Assembly (NCBI GenBank): GCA_020073345.1 | Contig: JAIQFI010000008.1 | Location: forward strand, 42,108-106,107 | Direction of reading: 5' to 3' | Source: Terriglobia bacterium | GTDB lineage: Bacteria > Acidobacteriota > Terriglobia > Bryobacterales > Bryobacteraceae | DNA length: 64,000 nucleotides | Part shown: in pieces, positions 28,242 through 36,178 of the stretch | How positions within the stretch are numbered: position 1 is the first letter of the stretch | Layout of the letters: every line of letters begins with the position of its first letter | Position numbers and translations under genes: made by a program | The notes under the pieces: model-generated | What the model was told of the DNA's origin: nothing | Databases searched by the model: none | Seen by the model: only the letters and a program-made list of their open reading frames with translations

Positions 28242-29414
28242 TTGTATACCCGCTCGAAGTGTGTCTACGTGTTCTTGACCGCGGCGTTGGTTGCAACGTC
28301 CGCTTTCGGACAGGCGCCAGCGCCTGCACCGGCTCCCGCCCCCGCCCCCGCTGCGGCCCCGGCGCCCCCGCCATGGTCGGTAGGACCAATCGATTTCAGC
28401 GGCCTGGTGGACGGCTACTACAACTTCAACTTCAACCACCCGGCATCGCAAACCAACGGCCTCTATAACTTTGATACCGCCGCCAACCAGTTCAGCTTGA
28501 ACATGGCCAAGTTGAGCATGTCTCACTCGGCCGATCCTGTTGGATTCCAGGTCGATTTCGGCTTCGGCCATGCGTTCGACATGATCAACGGTATCGACAA
28601 CAACGGCCTGAGGACCAAGAATATCGAACAGGCCTTTGTGAGTTGGAAACCCAAGGGCAAGGATAGCGGTTTTCAGATGGATTTCGGTAAATTCGTGACC
28701 AGCGCGGGTGCCGAAGTAATCGAGAGCAATGCCAACTGGAACTATTCCCGCTCCTTGCTGTTTTCGTGGGCGATCCCCTACGATCACTTCGGTTTGCGTT
28801 TGACCGAAACCAAGGGCCACTTCACCGGCGGATTTCAGGTGGTCAACGGCTGGAACAACGTGGAAGACAACAACTCGGGCAAGACGCTGGGATTCGTGGG
28901 GAACATTACCACTTCCAAAATCAGCTGGATGAACAACTACTACGCGGGTCCGGAAAATGGGGGAACCAATACCGGCTGGCGGAATCTTTATGACACCACC
29001 GTGCTCTTCACACCTTCGGGCAAGTTCAACGCCTACGTGAATTTCGACTACGGCCAGAACAAGAGCGGGACCGGCCCTTCGGAGTTTACGGCGAAGTGGT
29101 ATGGGGTAGCCTTCGCCGGCAAACTCCAGATGAATGACCACAACGCCATCACGCCCCGCTACGAATGGTTCAAGGATCGCGACGGATTCTCAACCGGCTT
29201 GGCTTGCACCACCGGGAAAGAATGCGACGCTCTCCAGGAGTTCACGCTGACCTACGAATACAAGTGGACACAAGGCTTGCTGGCGCGATTCGAGTATCGC
29301 CATGACTGGAACGCAGTCGAACAGCCATTTTACTTCCAGCGCGGCAACGGTGGCTCATCCAAGCATCAGGATACGCTGACTCTGGGTATCGTGGCGTTCT
29401 TCGGTCCTCACTAG
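28242..29414 (+). CDS. Outer-membrane beta-barrel porin (OmpL/bbp2-like)
   Basis: TTG start 7 nt after AGGAGG (28229-28234). Signal peptide ...ATSAFGQA, an Ala/Pro linker, alternating beta-strand pattern, and a terminal aromatic-rich strand LTLGIVAFFGPH. Confidence 0.75.
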   Translation: MYTRSKCVYVFLTAALVATSAFGQAPAPAPAPAPAPAAAPAPPPWSVGPIDFSGLVDGYYNFNFNHPASQTNGLYNFDTAANQFSLNMAKLSMSHSADPVGFQVDFGFGHAFDMINGIDNNGLRTKNIEQAFVSWKPKGKDSGFQMDFGKFVTSAGAEVIESNANWNYSRSLLFSWAIPYDHFGLRLTETKGHFTGGFQVVNGWNNVEDNNSGKTLGFVGNITTSKISWMNNYYAGPENGGTNTGWRNLYDTTVLFTPSGKFNAYVNFDYGQNKSGTGPSEFTAKWYGVAFAGKLQMNDHNAITPRYEWFKDRDGFSTGLACTTGKECDALQEFTLTYEYKWTQGLLARFEYRHDWNAVEQPFYFQRGNGGSSKHQDTLTLGIVAFFGPH

Positions 29415-29460
29415 AGCTATCGGAGGATAGCCTCCGAGAACTATCGACTGGTTAGAATTG

Positions 29461-29500
29461 GCCGCGCGTGGCGCATATGCCGCGCGCGGCTTTTGCTTTT
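29461..29500 (+). terminator. Rho-independent terminator after the porin gene
   Basis: GC-rich hairpin gccgcgcg...cgcgcggc (29461-29490) followed by TTTTGCTTTT. Confidence 0.65.
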
Positions 29501-29804
29501 GTGCGGCCTTGGTTCATCCTGCAATCTGCTTTTTTATCTGCTGTTTGGTCATGCTCCGACAGTCTTATGGAACCGATTGAAATAATCAATTGGACACCTC
29601 CCCACATGACCGTTAGACTGAAAATCACTCGATTGAACCAGCCTGCCAGGTGTAGCAAGCGGGTATCGATCGGGTAGTAGTTCAGCCCCGCATTGCCACC
29701 ACGTTCATCGTCGCTGGCGGGGGACAAGCTGCCCGACAATCTGGCGGCTTTTGTCTTCAGGCATAGAGATTATTCAGAACCCAAATAGAGGAGGAGTACC
29801 CTTC

Positions 29805-29978
29805 ATGGGCGCCAATTCAACACAGGCAGTAGGCCTTGCGGCCTTCCTGATCGCGTTCACCCTGATCTCAGCCGGCATCGCGGGCGGCGGCATTCTGGTG
29901 AGTCTGGTGGGCGGAGTTTTGTTGCTGGTTTCATTCGGCGTGTTCCTAAAAGCCAAGCCGTGGGAAGAAGCGGAGTAA
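29805..29978 (+). CDS. 57-aa two-TM micro-protein
   Basis: GAGGAG SD. Sequence is MGANSTQAVGLAAFLIAFTLISAGIAGGGILVSLVGGVLLLVSFGVFLKAKPWEEAE. Confidence 0.55.
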   Translation: MGANSTQAVGLAAFLIAFTLISAGIAGGGILVSLVGGVLLLVSFGVFLKAKPWEEAE

Positions 29979-29990
29979 AAGGAGATCACT

Positions 29991-30173
29991 ATGGCAATCG
30001 CAGGATTAATCGTAACGTTACTAGGCTTCATTATCTCGGTCGCCAGCCTCGGGATGAGTTCGTCCGTGGGCGGCCGCATGGTGATCGTCCTCGTGGGGCT
30101 GGCCGTCAGCCTGGCGGGGATTATCGGACTGATCAACCCGGCCTATCAAAAGAAAGCGGCCTGGAGAAAGTGA
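29991..30173 (+). CDS. 60-aa two-TM micro-protein (same architecture as 29805..29978)
   Basis: AAGGAG SD 12 nt after the previous stop. Sequence is MAIAGLIVTLLGFIISVASLGMSSSVGGRMVIVLVGLAVSLAGIIGLINPAYQKKAAWRK. Confidence 0.6.
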   Translation: MAIAGLIVTLLGFIISVASLGMSSSVGGRMVIVLVGLAVSLAGIIGLINPAYQKKAAWRK

Positions 30174-30196
30174 CCGGAAAGGCAGACGAGAGGATC

Positions 30197-31903
30197 ATGA
30201 ACATGACACGACGCATCGCATTGTTAGCAGTGACGCTCATGATGGTGTCACTCGCGTGGGCACAGGCGCCCGCGACTCCGCCAGCCGCGGCTCCTGAAGC
30301 ACCCGCGGCAGCGGCTCCTGCAGCTCCGGGAGCGGCTCCCGCTGCTGCCCCGGCGCCTGCACCCGTAGCCATCACCGATCAAGACCTCAAGAACGTTCCG
30401 ACTCCTTCGGCGGATGCACGGGCCAAAGGCGATCCGGATGGCTCGCTCACTGGAACCGTAGTCGACGTGGTCGTCGCCGATAGCAAGAAGGGCTTGACCA
30501 TCGCCGACCTGGCGAATCAGGCCGGGCAGAACAGGATCGCCATCAACTTCGTATGGACCCTGATCACGGGCTTCCTGGTCATGTTCATGCAGGCGGGTTT
30601 CGCCATCGTCGAAACCGGCCTGTGCCGCGCCAAGAATGCCAACCACACCATGATGATGAACTTCATGGTCTACGGCGTCGGTATGCTGGCCTACTGGCTC
30701 ATCGGCTTCGCCATTCAGATGGGCGGCGTGGGAGCCCTGGGCACCCTGGGCAGCACACCCGTGCTGGGCGGCGAGTATGCGATTACCCTGTTTGGGAAAT
30801 CGTTCGGCCTGTGGGGCCAGAACGGGCTGTTCCTGATGCACAAGGGCACTTACGACGTCGCCGTGATGGTGATGTTCCTGTTCCAAATGGTGTTCATGGA
30901 TACCGCTTTGACCATCGTGACCGGTACCGTGGCGGAACGCTGGAAGTACGTGGCTTTCATGGTCTCCTCGTTCATCATGGGCGCGTTCACCTATCCGCTG
31001 TTCGCGAATTGGGCGTGGGGCGGCGGCTGGCTCGCGAACCTGGGCGGAAACTTCGGTCTGGGTCATGGCTACGCGGATTTCGCCGGCTCCGGTGTCGTGC
31101 ACTCCGTGGGCGGGATCACCGCCTTGGCGATGGGAATCCTGCTTGGTCCACGGCTCGGCAAATACAATCGGGATGGCAAGGCCAACGTCATTCTCGGCCA
31201 CGACATCGTGCTGGTGCTCTTGGGCTGCTTCATCCTGGCATTCGGCTGGTTCGGGTTTAACCCCGGATCCACGCTGGCCGCATCGGGGAACGGCGCTCTC
31301 CGCATCGGATCGGTCGCGGTCAACACCATGCTTGCCGGCATGGCGGGAAGTTTCGGGGCGATGCTCTACATGTGGATGCGTTACGGCAAGCCCGACGCAT
31401 CCATGAGCGGCAACGGACTCCTCGCAGGGCTGGTGGCGATCACGGCGCCTTCGGGCTTTGTGAATCCCGTCGGTTCGGTCATTCTCGGCTTGATCGCCGG
31501 CGTGCTGGTTTGCGTCTCGGTAGAATTCGTCGATCGAGTCCTGAAAATTGACGATCCGGTGGGCGCCATCTCAGTCCATGGAACCAACGGCCTCTGGGGC
31601 GTTATCTCGGTCGGACTCTTCGCCGACGGCAAGAGCAACTACGGCGGCTCCTGGAACGGTGTCAACGGCAACGTTACGGGCTTATTCTATGGAGACGCGA
31701 GCCAATTGGTGGCACAGCTCATCGGCGTCTGCACCCTGGTCGGGTTCGTGTTCACCTTCAGTTTCGTGGCGAACTGGATCGTCGACGCCCTTGTCGGCCA
31801 GCGCGTCGGGGCAAAGGCCGAGCTCGAAGGTCTGGATATGCCTGAAATGGGCGCTCTGGGCTATCCCGAGTTCGAACTGAAGGCCAGCGCCGCGAGGATG
31901 TAG
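30197..31903 (+). CDS. amtB: Ammonium transporter (Amt family) with signal peptide, Ala/Pro linker and an extra N-terminal segment
   Basis: The ATG at 30197 follows GAGAGGA. Amt core FVWTLITGFLVMFMQAGFAIVETG...DFAGSGVVHSVGG...SVHGTNGLWG. Confidence 0.92.
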   Translation: MNMTRRIALLAVTLMMVSLAWAQAPATPPAAAPEAPAAAAPAAPGAAPAAAPAPAPVAITDQDLKNVPTPSADARAKGDPDGSLTGTVVDVVVADSKKGLTIADLANQAGQNRIAINFVWTLITGFLVMFMQAGFAIVETGLCRAKNANHTMMMNFMVYGVGMLAYWLIGFAIQMGGVGALGTLGSTPVLGGEYAITLFGKSFGLWGQNGLFLMHKGTYDVAVMVMFLFQMVFMDTALTIVTGTVAERWKYVAFMVSSFIMGAFTYPLFANWAWGGGWLANLGGNFGLGHGYADFAGSGVVHSVGGITALAMGILLGPRLGKYNRDGKANVILGHDIVLVLLGCFILAFGWFGFNPGSTLAASGNGALRIGSVAVNTMLAGMAGSFGAMLYMWMRYGKPDASMSGNGLLAGLVAITAPSGFVNPVGSVILGLIAGVLVCVSVEFVDRVLKIDDPVGAISVHGTNGLWGVISVGLFADGKSNYGGSWNGVNGNVTGLFYGDASQLVAQLIGVCTLVGFVFTFSFVANWIVDALVGQRVGAKAELEGLDMPEMGALGYPEFELKASAARM

Positions 31904-31932
31904 ATAGAGGAAAGAATCGGAGGACCTTCACC

Positions 31933-32472
31933 ATGGCAACAGCAGCCACGACGTTCGAACTAATACCGGCCGGGCCAGCGATGCTTCAAACCCCGGTCGG
32001 TCCGGTGCGGGTCCTCCCGATCCCATGGCGGGATCCGCACACGGTCGAGCCGGAGGAACTGCAGCAGTACATCTCCATGCTCGAGCGGGCGTGTGTGGAA
32101 CATCCGCAGAATGCGGATTTCCGGACTTGCCTGGGCATGGCGCACGCGATGAATTACGATGTCTACCGGTCCATGGACGCGCTCGAAGAAGCGCGCCGGA
32201 TCGAGCCGGACAACTTCTTTGCGCAACTGAAGTTTTCCGAGCTGCACTATCGCCTGCGGGCACTGATCCGCGCCGAGGAGGAGACGCTCAAGGCGGTGAA
32301 TATGGCGGGTAACGCCTGGGAATTGTCCCTGGCCCGAAAGCAGCTCGCCGAGATTCGACGCTTGAGGCGGGAGGGCACGCAGAAGCCGGCCTGGACTAAG
32401 CCGCTCTCCGTACCGGTGGTCATGCTGGTGCTGATGACGGTGATCAGCGGCATCCTGTTAGCCTGGAAGTGA
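31933..32472 (+). CDS. Hypothetical TPR-like protein with a C-terminal TM anchor
   Basis: GGAGGA SD. Helical-repeat region (NADFRTCLGMAHAMNYDVYRSMDALEEARRIEPDNFFAQLKF) and the C-terminal helix VPVVMLVLMTVISGILLAW. Confidence 0.6.
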   Translation: MATAATTFELIPAGPAMLQTPVGPVRVLPIPWRDPHTVEPEELQQYISMLERACVEHPQNADFRTCLGMAHAMNYDVYRSMDALEEARRIEPDNFFAQLKFSELHYRLRALIRAEEETLKAVNMAGNAWELSLARKQLAEIRRLRREGTQKPAWTKPLSVPVVMLVLMTVISGILLAWK

Positions 32473-32485
32473 AGGACGACACAGC

Positions 32486-32653
32486 ATGAGAAATTGGGGT
32501 TACTTTTTCGCGGCCGCATTTTTTGCATCGTACTTGATGGTCTCCAACGGTGTGCCCTTGCTTCCGGTGCTCGCGGGGGTTGCGGTCGCAGCTTTGTCTA
32601 TGTGGTTGAGAACGGCGTCGGGGCGGAAGGTGGCGCGGGGTCCGTCGCACTGA
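32486..32653 (+). CDS. Candidate 55-aa membrane micro-protein
   Basis: MRNWGYFFAAAFFASYLMVSNGVPLLPVLAGVAVAALSMWLRTASGRKVARGPSH. This is more protein-like than the overlapping 32494..32685 track ORF. No clear SD. Confidence 0.3.
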   Translation: MRNWGYFFAAAFFASYLMVSNGVPLLPVLAGVAVAALSMWLRTASGRKVARGPSH

Positions 32654-32693
32654 TTTCGCGGCTTTCGCTTCGGCCCATTCGTTAGGTCTTCCC

Positions 32694-33881
32694 ATGCCGG
32701 CTCACGATTTCCCTCTTCCAGTAGTCCTCCTCATCGTGTTTGGCTCGGCCAAGCTCATGGGAGAGCTCTTCGTCAAGCTGCGCCAACCCGCTCTGGTGGG
32801 CGAGATCCTGGCTGGGGCGGTCATCGGACCGAGCGTTCTGGGCTGGATCGCCCCCAACGACACGCTCAAAGCGCTGTCGGATCTGGGCGTGATGTTCCTG
32901 TTGTTCGACGTCGGCCTGCAGGTTAAAGCCAAGGAGCTGCTGCGCGTGGGCGGTACCGCCACACTGGTGGCCACCGTCGGCGTGATCGTACCCTTTTTTG
33001 CGGGTTGGGGCATTATGCTGGCCTGGGGCGCTCCCCAGTATGAGGCTGTATTCGTCGGCGCTTCCCTGGTGGCGACGAGCGTCGGGATTACAGCTTCCGC
33101 CCTTTCCGCCCGCGGCCTTCTGCACGAAGTCGCCAGCCAAATTATTCTAGCGGCAGCCGTGATCGACGACGTCCTGGGATTGATCGTGCTGGCTGTGGTG
33201 AGCAGCGTGGCGACGGGGCACGTGAACTTTCTGGAGATCACGCTCACCGCCGGCTTGGCCACTGCGTTCACCGTCATCCTGGCGAAATGGGGCACCTCGG
33301 CGGTGAACCGGGTCTTGCCCCACTTCCATACCCGGGCAGAAGCCGAGGACGCGCAGTTCCATCTCTCGCTGATCCTGCTATTTGCCCTCTCCGCCATGGC
33401 GATCTACACCGGAGTGGCGGCGATCGTGGGAGCCTTTTTGGCTGGCTTGGCTCTTTCTGAAACAGCCGACCGTCGCGTCCGCGATCTCACCCGCGGCGTC
33501 AATGAGCTGCTGGTGCCCTTTTTCCTGGTCGGGATCGGACTCCATCTGGATCTGGCCGTATTCCGAACCCCTGCCACCTTGACCCTGGCGCTGGTGATTC
33601 TGGCCGCCGCCATCGTGACCAAGCTGATCGGCTGCGGCCTGGGCGCCGTCAGCCTGGGTTGGAACAACGAGACCTGGCAGAACATGCTGAAGATCGGCCT
33701 GGGGATGGTCCCCCGGGGCGAGGTCGGGATGGTGGTCGCCCAGATGGGGCTCAGCATGAAGGTGATCAGCACGGAAGTCTATGCCGTAGTGGTATTTATG
33801 GCCGTCGCAACCACGCTTGTCACACCCCTGCTCTTGAAAATCGCCTTCCGCAGCCCGGTGCTCGAACCAGCCCAAGTTTAA
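32694..33881 (+). CDS. Cation:proton antiporter (CPA family, Kef/NapA-like membrane domain)
   Basis: 395 aa with about 11-12 TM. KLRQPALVGEILAGAVIGPSVLG start and a GLALSE...PFFLVGIG motif. Confidence 0.85.
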   Translation: MPAHDFPLPVVLLIVFGSAKLMGELFVKLRQPALVGEILAGAVIGPSVLGWIAPNDTLKALSDLGVMFLLFDVGLQVKAKELLRVGGTATLVATVGVIVPFFAGWGIMLAWGAPQYEAVFVGASLVATSVGITASALSARGLLHEVASQIILAAAVIDDVLGLIVLAVVSSVATGHVNFLEITLTAGLATAFTVILAKWGTSAVNRVLPHFHTRAEAEDAQFHLSLILLFALSAMAIYTGVAAIVGAFLAGLALSETADRRVRDLTRGVNELLVPFFLVGIGLHLDLAVFRTPATLTLALVILAAAIVTKLIGCGLGAVSLGWNNETWQNMLKIGLGMVPRGEVGMVVAQMGLSMKVISTEVYAVVVFMAVATTLVTPLLLKIAFRSPVLEPAQV

Positions 33882-34133
33882 CCGTTCGGAATCAATCACC
33901 TGGTCATCGCCCGGCCCTATCACCTCCATCCAAACTTTCTATTAGCAGCTGCCCCTCTCCGGCGCTAAGATATCTTGTATGTCTTTGAGGGTGGAACGTC
34001 ATTTGGCCGAGCCATGCCCCTGTGGGCGGCGCCGGTTCTAGGTAGCTGAGCGAAATCCTACACCGAAGCGTAAACTCCCTCGCACAGCGTTATCCAACCA
34101 GTTTTTTTACAAGTCAAGGTATCAAGGAGATTC

Positions 34134-35573
34134 ATGATCAACGGAAACAGCGGATTGCAAGACTTCCTGAGGCTTCCCTACGCGGAGCTGGAGGATTTGA
34201 ACCTGAAGGCCAAAGAGCAGCGCATGAAGCGCGTTCCGGTGGAGCAGATCCGGGAAGAGCGGTTGAAGTACTTGACCGATGAGAAGCGCATCAAAGCCGT
34301 CACCCTGCTGTTCAGCGACCTGGAAGGCCGCCTGCACATGCTGGATTACGACAAGAAGTTCCTGGTGAAGAGTTGGGACAACCTGACGTTCGACGGATCC
34401 TCGATTCGCGGCTTTACGGCGCAGAAGGAGAGCGATCTGCGGCTGGGCCTCGACTGGTCCGCCTTCTACTGGGCGCCGGCGGACTTCTTCGGCCCCGGCA
34501 AAGTGATGGTATTCGGCGAAGTCATCGATAAGGACGGCAGCCCGTACACGGCCGACATCCGCGGTGTGCTCAAGAAGTTCGCCCAGGATCAATATAAGAA
34601 GAATGACTACACGCTGAACGCCGCCAACGAAATCGAAGGCTTCTTGTTCAAGGGCGTCGACGCCGAAAGGCATTATTCCGAAACCGGTAGGTTCGAGTAC
34701 GTCAACACAGGCGGCTACTACCATTCGCTTCCTGGCGATCCGCTACGTCTCTTCATCGATACCGCGGCGGAAGTGCAGCGTGCCATGGGCTTCCAGAATG
34801 AAAAGGACCATCCGGAAGTGGCGCCCTCGCAGTTCGAAATCAACTACAGCTACGCAGAAGTGGTCGCCGCGGCCGATCACATCCAGCTGTACAAGCTGAT
34901 CTGCCGGCAAGTGGCCACCAGCATGGGCCTCACCGCCAGCTTCCTCCCCAAGCCAGTTGTGGGCGTAAACGGAAGCGGCATGCATACCAACGTCTCGATC
35001 TCCAAAGGCGGCAAGAACATTTTCTGGGATCCGAAAGGCGAGGAGAAGATCAGCAAGGAAGCCTGGGCCTTTGTCGACCGCATTCTAACCGTCGGCAACG
35101 ATATCTGCCTGCTGCTGAATCCCAGCGTGAACGCCTTCCGGCGCCTGGACCCGCACTTTGAGGCGCCCAATCAGATCATCGCCTCCGCCGTGGATCGCGG
35201 ATCCATGGTTCGTATTCCGATCGGCAACGAGCGCAGCTCGCGCGTCGAAGTCCGCTCGGTCGCCCCGGATGCCAACCCGTACCTGGTGATGTACTCGGTC
35301 TTCAAGTCTGGGATCGACGGCAGCATCGCGAAGATCCCGAATCTCCGGTCGGCCAAGCGGTATCTGCCCGACAACATCTACGACGCGATGGACAACTTCA
35401 ACAAGTCCGAGTGGATCACGAAGATACTTGGCGAAGACGTAAAAGGCCGCTACGCCGACCTCAAAAAGGCGTCCGCCGATCGCTGCGCCCGCTTGCTGGG
35501 AAGCATCGTCAAGACGCCGGAACTGCAGTATCACCACGAGATCTACAATCAGTACCTCTGGAACCAGTTCTAA
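34134..35573 (+). CDS. Glutamine synthetase family protein (second, divergent paralog)
   Basis: AAGGAG SD. Motifs [32 protein letters not shown] and NAFRRLDPHFEAP. Lacks the NLYDLP-type adenylylation motif. Confidence 0.88.
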   Translation: MINGNSGLQDFLRLPYAELEDLNLKAKEQRMKRVPVEQIREERLKYLTDEKRIKAVTLLFSDLEGRLHMLDYDKKFLVKSWDNLTFDGSSIRGFTAQKESDLRLGLDWSAFYWAPADFFGPGKVMVFGEVIDKDGSPYTADIRGVLKKFAQDQYKKNDYTLNAANEIEGFLFKGVDAERHYSETGRFEYVNTGGYYHSLPGDPLRLFIDTAAEVQRAMGFQNEKDHPEVAPSQFEINYSYAEVVAAADHIQLYKLICRQVATSMGLTASFLPKPVVGVNGSGMHTNVSISKGGKNIFWDPKGEEKISKEAWAFVDRILTVGNDICLLLNPSVNAFRRLDPHFEAPNQIIASAVDRGSMVRIPIGNERSSRVEVRSVAPDANPYLVMYSVFKSGIDGSIAKIPNLRSAKRYLPDNIYDAMDNFNKSEWITKILGEDVKGRYADLKKASADRCARLLGSIVKTPELQYHHEIYNQYLWNQF

Positions 35574-35582
35574 GTTGTAATC

Positions 35583-35643
35583 GCGCACAACGCAGCGCGG
35601 CGTGAGCAAGTCTGATCAAAGGACCACGCCGCGCGCTGTGCGC
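35583..35643 (+). terminator. Long imperfect GC hairpin downstream of the GS paralog (terminator or REP-like, no U-tract)
   Basis: gcgcggcgtg (35595-35604) pairs perfectly with cacgccgcgc (35625-35634). The outer gcgcaca/tgtgcgc extends the stem. Confidence 0.35.
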
Positions 35644-35677
35644 TCAACCCTGCCGTCAACCTGTAGGATAGAGACAG

Positions 35678-36172
35678 GTGTCTTCCGCGTCCGTTCTCCA
35701 GATCAACGTCTCTCCAGGCGGCCTACCCAAGCGTCCCATCCCCGACGGCGTGGTCACCCCGCTGGGCATCGCTGGTGACGGACACGCGCATCCCCAAGTC
35801 CACGGCGGACCGCGCAAGGCGATCCTGATCATCACCTCTGAGGGCATCGAGGAGCTGAAGGAACAAGGCTTCCCCATGTATTACGGCGCGCTGGGAGAAA
35901 ACCTGACCACGCGCGGTCTGGACCGGCGCTCGGTTCGCGTCGGGCAGCGCTACCGCATCGGGGAAATTCTCGTCGAGATCACCAAAGTCCGCACGCCTTG
36001 CGAGACGCTCAATGCCTACCCCGGAATTCAGAAGGCCATCTATGATCAAGAGGTGAAAGCTGGGAATTCGGCGTCGCCGCTGTGGGGCCTGAGTGGGTTC
36101 TATGCGTCCGTCCTAAAAGCGGGCGCGATCCGTCCCGGCGATCCGATCCAGCTGCTGGACGAAACCGCGTAG
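35678..36172 (+). CDS. MOSC domain-containing protein
   Basis: GTG start. GIAGDGHAHPQVHGGPRKAILII...GENLTTRGLD...VRTPCETL, including the conserved Cys. Confidence 0.85.
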   Translation: MSSASVLQINVSPGGLPKRPIPDGVVTPLGIAGDGHAHPQVHGGPRKAILIITSEGIEELKEQGFPMYYGALGENLTTRGLDRRSVRVGQRYRIGEILVEITKVRTPCETLNAYPGIQKAIYDQEVKAGNSASPLWGLSGFYASVLKAGAIRPGDPIQLLDETA

Positions 36173-36178
36173 TTCGTC

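Noticed and set aside
28314-28372. Short-period GC-rich DNA repeat (gcNccN)n that could look like a micro-array or VNTR. A similar stretch lies at 30266..30366.
   Set aside because: Both stretches are in frame inside the porin and amtB genes, directly after signal peptides. They simply encode Ala/Pro linkers and have no spacer/repeat organisation.
29452-29739. 95-aa (minus) and 69-aa (plus, 29468..29677) ORFs in the porin-amtB intergenic region
   Set aside because: Neither has an SD. Both read through the porin terminator hairpin, and their composition and hydropathy are not protein-like. The region is treated as regulatory/non-coding.
29960-30196. Long N-terminal extension of the amtB ORF (the track gives 29960..31903)
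   Set aside because: The extension overlaps the two SD-preceded micro-ORFs in another frame and is Arg/Gly-rich. A clean signal peptide begins at the ATG at 30197, preceded by GAGAGGA.
32494-32685. 63-aa ORF from the track (MGLLFRGRIFCIVLDG...)
   Set aside because: Its composition is Gly/Arg-rich and lacks features. The overlapping frame starting at 32486 gives a cleaner two-helix membrane peptide, although that candidate is also low-confidence.
33882-34133. Possible glutamine riboswitch (glnA RNA) or sigma-54 promoter upstream of the second GS gene
   Set aside because: I could not find the conserved CGUUCA...GGAAGUAGG...GGAACG core by eye, nor a TGGCAC-N5-TTGC element with correct GG-N10-GC spacing. 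An Infernal scan would be needed to settle this.
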